DNA of 64,000 nt from positions 14,277 to 78,276 of the forward strand of contig SCSU01000066.1 in the NCBI GenBank assembly GCA_004299275.1, in the 5' to 3' direction. Shown in pieces: positions 59,622 to 64,000 of this stretch. The position numbers and the translations under genes were made by a program. Below the pieces are notes generated by a model, which made no database searches, was not told where the DNA came from, and was given only the letters and a program-made list of their open reading frames with translations. How positions within the stretch are numbered: the stretch's first letter is position 1; the number at the start of each line of letters is the position of its first letter. This stretch comes from Patescibacteria group bacterium (GTDB taxonomy: Bacteria; Patescibacteriota; Patescibacteriia; 2-12-FULL-57-11).

Positions 59622-60644
59622 ATGAAGAAGACGGTTGCGGTTATGGCCGCGTTTTTGCTCCTGCTTGGCGCGGGCTGTGCCTTAGCATCGAAAGAGAGTC
59701 CAGCCGCCAAGTATGGCGTGGCCTATTCGCCCCGCGGCTATCCGGACAGCGTCACCGATGCTGATGTCCGCGCCTTTTTTGCTGACGCCCGGGGGCTCGG
59801 CGGGCTGGTCGCTTTCCACACCAACTGGCGGGACAACCAGAGCGCGGCCGGCGAGATTCCCCAAGTGACGCAGTTTGCCCGCGCCGCGGCCAAAGAGTTT
59901 GGCATTGTACCGGCTGTTGGTTTTGGCTGGACTGTTGGCGACCAAGCGGATTTGGTGAGCGTCGCGGCGCCTAAAAATAATTCTTGGCTCAACGAGGAAA
60001 CGCGGCAGAAGTTTAGAGAGATGGTTGTGAGCTACGCCAAAGAGAACCAGCCGCGTTTTCTTTTTTTAGGCAACGAGATTGATGGCTACTATCTTCGGGC
60101 GTCAAAAAAAGAGTGGCAGGCCTGGGTCTCTGAGTTTCGTGAAACCTACGACGCGGTTAAGGCAGCGAGCCCTAAGACAATAGTTTTTACTACTTTACAG
60201 TTGGAGCGGTTGAAGGGCAACGGCAAGAAGAACGGCTGGCGGAACGCGCCGGCTTGGGAGCTCGTCAAGGATTTTGGCGACAAGATTGACGCGCTCGGTT
60301 TTACGACCTATCCCTATTTTGACTACGACGCGCCCGCGGCGATTCCCGACGATTACTATAGCGAGATAAAAAAGTATTGGAGCGGGCCGGTGATTTTTAC
60401 CGAGCTCGGCTGGCTGGCCAAAAATTCTGGGCCGTATCGCGGCAGTGAGGCCGAGCAGACGGCGTTTGTGAAAAAGTTTTTTGGGCTGACCAAAGAATTG
60501 GAGGTAAAATATGCGGCCTGGCTTTTTGCGCATGACCTTTCTAAAGCGCCGCCGGCTTTTGACGGCATTGGGCTCAAAGCGGCGGACGGCGCGCCGCGCC
60601 CCGCCTACGCCGCCTGGCGCGAGATGGTGGCGGGGAAGAGGTAG
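59622..60644 (+). CDS. lipoprotein, putative TIM-barrel glycoside hydrolase (GH5/GH26-like)
   Basis: Lipobox LLGAGC; FLGNEID and TTYPYF segments resemble beta-strands of a GH clan. Confidence 0.4.
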   Translation: MKKTVAVMAAFLLLLGAGCALASKESPAAKYGVAYSPRGYPDSVTDADVRAFFADARGLGGLVAFHTNWRDNQSAAGEIPQVTQFARAAAKEFGIVPAVGFGWTVGDQADLVSVAAPKNNSWLNEETRQKFREMVVSYAKENQPRFLFLGNEIDGYYLRASKKEWQAWVSEFRETYDAVKAASPKTIVFTTLQLERLKGNGKKNGWRNAPAWELVKDFGDKIDALGFTTYPYFDYDAPAAIPDDYYSEIKKYWSGPVIFTELGWLAKNSGPYRGSEAEQTAFVKKFFGLTKELEVKYAAWLFAHDLSKAPPAFDGIGLKAADGAPRPAYAAWREMVAGKR

Positions 60645-60704
60645 AAAGTAGAGGAAGACACAGACGTTTGACGTCGGCAAAAAATAGAGCTACTTTATTA
60701 CCGT

Positions 60705-60926
60705 ATGAAACAGCAATTTACCGCGATTTATGAAAAGCGGGGCAAGTGGTATTTGGGCTGGGTGGAAGAGATCCCCGGCGTTAATACGCAGGGGAAAACA
60801 TTGAAAGAAGCAAAAGAAAATCTCAAAGAAGCCCTGGAGCTTATTTTGGAAGTCAACCGCGTAATGTCCCGTAAAGAAATATCCGGCCGGGTCATCCGGG
60901 AGCCTGTAGTTCTCGCGCACACATGA
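60705..60926 (+). CDS. hicB: HicB-family antitoxin
   Basis: IPGVNTQGKTLKEAKENLKEALELIL, typical of the HicB N-terminal domain; overlaps the following gene by 4 nt. Confidence 0.6.
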   Translation: MKQQFTAIYEKRGKWYLGWVEEIPGVNTQGKTLKEAKENLKEALELILEVNRVMSRKEISGRVIREPVVLAHT

Positions 60927-61108
60927 AACGGAAAAGCCTCATTCGACACATCCTCAAAGCGGGATGTGTTTTCATACGTGAGGGAGCGAACCATAGCGTA
61001 TTTTTTAATCCGTCGCTTCGACGAACATCAACCGTGCCGCGTCACGCTGAAGTTGACGATTTCCTGGCCAAGAAAATTTGCGAAGATTTGGGTATTTCGC
61101 CACCGTGA
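60923..61108 (+). CDS. hicA: HicA-family toxin (mRNA interferase)
   Basis: 61 aa with GCVFIREGANHSVFFNP...VPRH.E.....KICEDLGI. Confidence 0.6.
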   Translation: MKRKSLIRHILKAGCVFIREGANHSVFFNPSLRRTSTVPRHAEVDDFLAKKICEDLGISPP

Positions 61109-61194
61109 CAAATTTTGGCGTTTTGATTGTCGGCTGAGGACCGAAAATTGACCTGGAGAATTTTTTAGAGTACCATCGTGCCGCCGCGATGCAT

Positions 61195-61216
61195 GGCCCC
61201 ATCGTCTAACGGCTAG
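61195..61216 (+). repeat. 5' fragment of tRNA-Glu (acceptor to D-loop), followed by two perfect hairpins
   Basis: ggccccatcgtctaacggctag equals the first 22 nt of the intact tRNA-Glu at 61539. Then CCCGGCgaCCCTGGCaaaGCCAGGGgGCCGGG and TCCGGCctGCGGCttctGCCGCggtaGCCGGA. Confidence 0.7.
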
Positions 61217-61280
61217 CCCGGCGACCCTGGCAAAGCCAGGGGCCGGGTCCGGCCTGCGGCTTCTGCCGCGGTAGCCGGAG

Positions 61281-61553
61281 ATGCCACATACCATGTATTA
61301 CGTTTACATTCTCGAACGCTTGAAAGACGCTCGATGGTACATTGGCAGTACAAAAAATGTTGAGGAGCGACTCACCTATCACAATGCCGGGAAAATCACG
61401 TCAACGCGTCCCCATCGGCCTTATCGGCTTGTCTATCTCGAATCGTTCGAGAACAAAACTCAAGCGCTTCTCCGTGAGAAACAAATCAAAAAATCGGGTA
61501 TCATCCGGAAAGCGATTAAATCGCGAGTTGAAAAATACGGCCCCATCGTCTAA
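61281..61553 (+). CDS. GIY-YIG nuclease-domain protein (YhbQ/UPF0213-like), second copy
   Basis: YYVYILERLKDARWYIGSTKNVEERLTYHNAGK...REKQIK. The stop codon TAA lies in the D-loop of the downstream tRNA-Glu (15-nt overlap). Confidence 0.75.
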   Translation: MPHTMYYVYILERLKDARWYIGSTKNVEERLTYHNAGKITSTRPHRPYRLVYLESFENKTQALLREKQIKKSGIIRKAIKSRVEKYGPIV

Positions 61554-61610
61554 CGGCTAGGACGCCACGCTTTCAATGTGGCAATGGGGGTTCGATTCCC
61601 CCTGGGGCTA
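61539..61610 (+). tRNA. tRNA-Glu (anticodon TTC)
   Basis: ggcccca..gtctaacggctaggac..ccacgcTTTCaatgtgg..gggggttcgattccccc..tggggct+a. Confidence 0.85.
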
Positions 61611-61648
61611 AACACAAACCCGTCACACAAGGTGACGGGTTTGTGTTT
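61611..61648 (+). terminator. perfect 16-bp-stem hairpin immediately after tRNA-Glu
   Basis: AACACAAACCCGTCACacaagGTGACGGGTTTGTGTT; another perfect hairpin lies at 61716-61749. Confidence 0.55.
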
Positions 61649-61779
61649 AGCTCTGAGGTGGAAGGGGAATCGAACGGGCAGAAGCGAGACAATCCCGCCA
61701 TAGGCGGGAGCAGACGAGCGTCGGCAACGCCAATGGCTTGGCGTTGCCGCTGCCCAGGACAAGGAGCGTAAGCGACGCG

Positions 61780-61797
61780 TAATTCCCCCTGGGGTTA
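61780..61797 (+). repeat. 3' fragment of tRNA-Glu (T-loop to acceptor)
   Basis: taattccccctggggtta versus cgattccccctggggcta in the intact gene. Confidence 0.55.
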
Positions 61798-61833
61798 ATA
61801 ATTTCCTCCTCACTTTTGTGGGGAGAAAATTTT

Positions 61834-61905
61834 TATTCTCGCGGGAATCGAACCCGCCTTCGCTAATTCAGCCGTCGTAGCTATAGGCTACCATGGCGGA
61901 GTTGG
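61834..61905 (-). pseudogene. tRNA-like remnant (T-arm and D-arm present, acceptor stem cannot close)
   Basis: gcggg-aatcgaa-cccgc (reverse complement of a T-arm) and gtagctataggctac D-arm-like segment on the - strand; no 7-bp acceptor pairing found. Confidence 0.3.
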
Positions 61906-61962
61906 CAGTTTCTGCGGGCAGGCAGGGGAGGGCGTCGGTGGAATAAAAAAAGACCGCGCGCT

Positions 61963-62568
61963 TTACTCCAGCGGACGGTCGGCCTCCCAGAAGCTCATGG
62001 CGACGACACGCGGATCCGAAGCGAGCTGGTGCGCGCGCAGCAGGAGCGGTGCGATAAGCCGCATGGCCGGACTTGTCACCGCGGTGCCGTAATAGTCGAA
62101 GTCCGCCGTGATCGTCTCCTGCAGATGTTCACCGCGTCCGTAGGCCCAAACCCCGCTCATTTTCGCGCAGGCATGGATTTTGAGGACGGGAAGAGGTCCG
62201 GCAACGGAGTCCACAGTTTCGGGACGCGGTACGCGTGGCCAGAGAACAAGGGTGCCGAATGCACCGTCTTCTCCGCGCCAGCCGATCGCGCCGGCGAAGC
62301 CCGTGTAGCGGTGATCCGGCCGGAGTGCTATGCAGCGCCAGCGATCGCCGCGGTTGGCGATATTGAACAGCTCTCCGGTGCCGAGGACCTCGCGCACCTC
62401 CTCGAAGAGCATCTCCGGAATCGTCAGCAGGGAAACGTTTCCGGGTTCCGGCGCGGACTGCTCGGCGGTCAGAGCGCCGCCCTTTTTCTGCAATTTATCG
62501 GTCACGAGTACCTCCGACCATAGATGTAGCAGATAGGCGGGAGTATGTCGAGGTTCCTTGACAGACAT
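61963..62568 (-). CDS. hypothetical protein
   Basis: 201-aa ORF, no domain recognised. Confidence 0.45.
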   Translation of the reverse strand: MSVKEPRHTPAYLLHLWSEVLVTDKLQKKGGALTAEQSAPEPGNVSLLTIPEMLFEEVREVLGTGELFNIANRGDRWRCIALRPDHRYTGFAGAIGWRGEDGAFGTLVLWPRVPRPETVDSVAGPLPVLKIHACAKMSGVWAYGRGEHLQETITADFDYYGTAVTSPAMRLIAPLLLRAHQLASDPRVVAMSFWEADRPLE

Positions 62569-62642
62569 TACTTTTAGAGATTAAACTTCTCCACTCTGCT
62601 GGTGAACGCATCGCCTAATGCAGAAAAGAAAGGAGACGTACC

Positions 62643-63422
62643 TTGAGAGGCATATTCCCCTTGTACGTGACACAGGAGCCCGACATGCACTCTGGCGCTG
62701 TGACCGCCGCGTTGTCAGGCATCGAAGAAATGCTTGAGATCGCCGGCGTCAGCCAGATGATTTCCGTTGGCAATCTCGGTGTCTGGCGGGCTAGCGACTA
62801 CCGCGATGGCAGTCGTCTGCGCGAATACCGGAGTATCGACTGGTATCTCGCGCGTGGCCGTCAGACCGGGAGGCGTGGTCAGCTCAACGCGAGCACCATC
62901 ACCTTCGATCTTATGGAAGAGCCATGGCGTCGGCAGGAGCACCATTACGATGTCATTCTGCTCGAGAGCGACATCTACAATGGCGGCAACACCAACTTTG
63001 TTCTTGGTGTCGGGACGCAAGCCAGCTCCGCCATCATCTCTAGGCATCGTTTGAGCCGCAGATACCTACCGGAGCTTCCGGAGGACGAGCTCATCGAGTG
63101 CTACAAGACAGCCGTCATGCATGAGGTTGGGCACATGCTCGGGCTCCCGGGGCGCTTCGGCACCCGCGGCCACCTCGAGGAGAGTCTTGGCATGCACTGC
63201 ACGAACACCTGTCTCATGCGTCAGCGCCTGCGTCTTGAGGGCTGGGAAGAGCTCACTGCTGACCGATTGCGTCGCGGCTCTCTCTGCATCGAGTGCAGGA
63301 GAGAGATAGTGAATTTCTTCCAGGACATGCTGCCGGACGGGCACTTCGAGCCGATGGAAAGCTCGGAGGCATCTTTCCGGCCGGTGGGGGATGACCAGTT
63401 CATTCCGATCGGGCGACGGTAA
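62643..63422 (+). CDS. archaemetzincin-family zinc metalloprotease
   Basis: HEVGHMLGL....CTNTCLM...(17)...CIEC matches the archaemetzincin HEXXHXXGX3CX4CXMX17CXXC signature. Confidence 0.7.
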   Translation: MRGIFPLYVTQEPDMHSGAVTAALSGIEEMLEIAGVSQMISVGNLGVWRASDYRDGSRLREYRSIDWYLARGRQTGRRGQLNASTITFDLMEEPWRRQEHHYDVILLESDIYNGGNTNFVLGVGTQASSAIISRHRLSRRYLPELPEDELIECYKTAVMHEVGHMLGLPGRFGTRGHLEESLGMHCTNTCLMRQRLRLEGWEELTADRLRRGSLCIECRREIVNFFQDMLPDGHFEPMESSEASFRPVGDDQFIPIGRR

Positions 63423-63585
63423 CGCCATTTGCGAGATAATCGGGCATTGAGCACATGACCCGATTTTTTTATCTTTCATCAGCTGTTCAACATCCGATTT
63501 TTTGGTATTGTGGGTGTCGTTATGCGGATTCTTGGAAATATAACCCCTCACATTCTCCTCTTACTCTAAGGGGAGGAGAGCAGGT

Positions 63586-64000
63586 ATGAGAATCCTTGGT
63601 ATTGAAACCTCTTGCGACGAGACGGCGCTCGCGATTGTTGAGGGCAAGGGCGAGCGGGTGCGGGTGGCGCGAGAGCTCGTTGCCTCGCAGGTTAAAATTC
63701 ACAAAAAGTACGGCGGGGTGGTGCCGGAAGTGGCGGCGCGGCGGCATGCCGAAGTGATGCCGTGGATGCTTAAAAAAATGCTCGGCCGAGAACGAGCGCG
63801 GGCTTTTGATGTGATTGCCGTGACCGCCGGTCCGGGGCTTATCACTTCGCTCCGCGTCGGCGTGGACACGGCGCGCTCGCTCGCTTACGCCTGGGGTAAG
63901 CCGCTCGTGGCTGTGAATCATCTCGCGGGGCACATTGCTGCCAATTTTATTGACGAAATAACAAATACCAAATACCAAATTCCAAATACCAAATTCCAAA
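63586..64000 (+). CDS. tsaD: tRNA N6-adenosine threonylcarbamoyltransferase TsaD (5' portion; runs off the window)
   Basis: MRILGIETSCDETALAIV...GGVVPEVAARRHAE...AVTAGPGLITSLRVG...AVNHLAGH. Confidence 0.9.
   Translation, partial: MRILGIETSCDETALAIVEGKGERVRVARELVASQVKIHKKYGGVVPEVAARRHAEVMPWMLKKMLGRERARAFDVIAVTAGPGLITSLRVGVDTARSLAYAWGKPLVAVNHLAGHIAANFIDEITNTKYQIPNTKFQ

Noticed and set aside
61834-61905. Possible additional intact tRNA on the - strand
   Set aside because: T-arm and D-arm-like segments are present, but no 7-bp acceptor stem can be formed. It is kept only as a low-confidence remnant.

Overview
This is a 64-kb fragment at about 58-62% GC that looks like a Candidate Phyla Radiation (Patescibacteria-type) bacterial genome; that assignment is inference. 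The rRNA genes are unlinked. A 23S-5S unit sits on the + strand (about 28.1-33.8 kb), and the 23S is interrupted by three group I introns in domain V, two of which carry LAGLIDADG homing-endonuclease ORFs. A separate 16S lies on the - strand (about 43985-45560), flanked by an 18-bp inverted repeat that is probably its processing stem. I found five tRNAs (Leu-TAA, Gly-GCC, Leu-TAG, Ile-GAT, Glu-TTC) and several tRNA fragments. Housekeeping genes include ruvB, polX, a type IV pilus cluster (pilB-pilC-three pilin-like genes-pilM-pilN-pilO), trmD, rpsP plus a KH-domain gene, mntH (Nramp), a 750-aa SMC, nrnA (DHH), clpP, hsp20, a VanW-family gene, the start of tsaD, a YvcK-family gene, HAD and nucleotidyltransferase genes, a class III cyclase, a DoxX/VKOR/cupredoxin cluster, a HicAB toxin-antitoxin pair, an archaemetzincin-type metalloprotease and an EndoQ-like PHP nuclease. 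The most unusual content is non-coding or mobile. First, two independent tRNA-linked modules have the layout [5' tRNA fragment]-[small GIY-YIG nuclease ORF whose stop codon lies inside the tRNA]-[intact tRNA]-[perfect hairpins]-[3' tRNA fragment], at tRNA-Leu (4.8-5.5 kb) and tRNA-Glu (61.2-61.9 kb). Second, I see at least five dispersed repeat families: TTCAA/TTGAA-loop hairpin doublets built on GACCTT..AAGGTC; GGAGATCC palindromes, one inserted in-frame in a CDS; ~70-165-bp elements with GAGGTCATCTGAGAATTC terminal inverted repeats, resembling miniature inverted-repeat transposable elements (MITE-like); CCGTTGCAAAA...TTTTGCAACGG palindromic elements; and TTCGTAA heptamer arrays. Third, the 5S 3' half and the tRNA-Leu 5' half are partially duplicated, each copy carrying an inserted perfect hairpin. 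Fourth, a low-GC glycoside hydrolase family 5 (GH5) cellulase island is bracketed by 22-bp direct repeats. No CRISPR array was found.
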